This document shows, in pieces, positions 62,757-64,000 of a DNA stretch of 64,000 nucleotides. A program made the translations under genes and the position numbers. How positions within the stretch are numbered: position 1 is the first letter of the stretch; the number at the start of each line of letters is the position of its first letter. This stretch comes from an uncultured Candidatus Altimarinota bacterium. Lineage in GTDB: Bacteria > Patescibacteriota > Gracilibacteria > BD1-5 > UBA2023. The notes under the pieces were generated by a model, which was not told the DNA's origin, did not search any database, and saw nothing but the letters and a program-made list of their open reading frames with translations. Location: NCBI GenBank assembly GCA_936941205.1, contig CAKZJF010000082.1:2536-66535 (forward strand), in the 5' to 3' direction.

Positions 62757-63744
62757 ATTTTCATTCAAGTAAATGAACTAAATTTCACTCAAGAACCTTT
62801 CGTGATTGTTCTGTCATAGGTGTATGATTCTCATAGGTTCAGAATCACTCTGACATATCTACTTTTGGGAAATTTCAAGTATGTCGTCCAAGTATATCAA
62901 GCAAAAAATATGAGTCATTTAAAAAAAGTATATCACTCGATTCATTCCTTGAAATAAGTATTTCATCCTGTTTTTCTCAATTTCTCATGCCTATTTGTAG
63001 TATTTCTTCATTTCACCTTCAGTAAAGACCAATCATGCATTCGGTTAAATCTTTTAAAGAAATCACTCTTCATCTATGAATAAATATCTCTCAACCAATA
63101 CTTGTACAAAAAGAGAAGTAAATCAAATCAATAATCTCATTGATAGTAATATAAAATCGTCTGGTATTGGGATTTGTGATAGTAAGGGGTCGATGATTCA
63201 TGATTTGATGAAACAATACTTGTACCACACTTCCATTACTTCATAAAACATTACCGGCACGAAGAACTGAAAATATTGTTTCTTTTTGGTTTACATTTGC
63301 ATGAATACATAATTGTTCTCATATTGCCTTCGTATTACCGTAGAGATTATATGGATCAACTGCTTTATCTGTAGAAACATAGAGCACCTTTTTTACTTTA
63401 TTAAAAATAGCGGCATCGATAAGATTTTGAGTACCCTGGACATTTATTGATATGGCCTCTTCTGGGTTTTCCTGACATTTTGAAATATGCTTCAATGCCG
63501 CTAAATGAATAACATAATCTACTCAATGGAGCACCTTTTTAAGAAGTTCTCAATTTCTTATATCTCAGAGGACAAATTGAATCTTTGAAGAATGCATTAT
63601 TCGTTCCATTTGCACTTGTCTATCTTCCGAACGAGACAATACAATTACTTTCTTTATCTGATATTTTTCAAGTAAAGATTGTACGATAGCCTGTCACCAA
63701 GTTCCTGTTCATCAAGTAATGAGAATAGTTGTATTATGAAACAT
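62746..63744 (-). CDS. NDP-sugar 4,6-dehydratase of the PseB/FlaA1/CapD type
   Basis: 332 aa. ILITGGTGTWG, GDIRN, HLAALKH..ENPEEAISINVQGTQN, STDKAVDPYNLYGNTK and RAGNVLGSNGSV. Confidence 0.8.
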
Positions 63745-63746
63745 AT

Positions 63747-64000
63747 TTATTTGGTAAATAACTCATTCTGTTTGGGTATCTGAGTTTTAATAAGATAGGT
63801 GTAATAATAATTATTATTATTCAAATAGGAAATAGTTTTTAGGATATACATTACGTATTTAAATTCTTTGTATTCAAAACCATTTTCTCTTGTTTGATGA
63901 AATTGATGTCATATTCTCATAAACTGATATATTCAAGCAAGATTTATATTTCAACAAAGTATCTCCAAAAAACGATTAAATACCATATCAACAGAACAAT
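63747..64000 (-). CDS. 3' end of an upstream gene (partial, runs off the window)
   Basis: Open frame, with TGA read as sense, ending at TAA 63747-63749, 2 nt before the dehydratase ATG. No family recognised. Confidence 0.5.

Noticed and set aside
1-64000. Reading the fragmented ORF track as a decayed, pseudogene-rich genome, or as code 4 (UGA=Trp).
   Set aside because: The interruptions are exclusively TGA and preserve the frame. They sit on invariant Gly positions (Walker A GFGK, GGEP, TGGxxG), not on Trp or random positions.
34017-64000. Aminoglycoside-type biosynthetic cluster (PIG-L deacetylase + TobZ-like carbamoyltransferase + BtrN-like twitch rSAM + APH-like kinase).
   Set aside because: No 2-deoxy-scyllo-inosose synthase, aminotransferase or glycosyltransferase is visible. 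The resemblance rests on broadly distributed families only.
1-64000. Prophage, transposon or integrative element.
   Set aside because: No integrase, transposase, terminal inverted repeats or phage structural genes were recognised on either strand under code 25.

Overview
AT-rich bacterial DNA that only makes sense under genetic code 25 (UGA = Gly). This points to a Candidate Phyla Radiation lineage of the Gracilibacteria/Absconditabacteria (BD1-5/SR1) type. All CDS coordinates were re-derived by hand, joining ORF-track fragments across in-frame TGA. 1-34 kb holds ordinary core genes: an O-methyltransferase, trxA, frr, mfd, prfA, tRNA-Leu, corA, a VanY-type peptidase, a PiT phosphate transporter, gatA, hisS and an rRNA m5C methyltransferase. 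These are interleaved with very large secreted/surface proteins (about 1600, 1274 and 1738 aa), small secreted Cys-rich proteins, an HExxH-motif protein and an A24 prepilin-peptidase-like membrane protein. 34-64 kb is a tightly packed, almost entirely minus-strand island of 28 CDS, 15 of which carry a canonical CxxxCxxC radical SAM motif. Those 15 are six tandem twitch/SPASM-like paralogues, two further SPASM-type enzymes, two core-only paralogues (one sitting inside the tandem run), one HemN-like enzyme and four MiaB-fold paralogues. The island also encodes a carbamoyltransferase, kinase-like and PPDK_N/ATP-grasp-like proteins, a U32-like protein, a TPR lipoprotein, an antisense tRNA-Cys, and a PseB-like dehydratase / PIG-L deacetylase / SDR module. 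I saw no precursor peptide, transporter, integrase, transposase, CRISPR array or rRNA. The radical SAM island is the main candidate for an undescribed system, but its product cannot be deduced from sequence alone. Family assignments rest on motifs read by eye, not on database searches.
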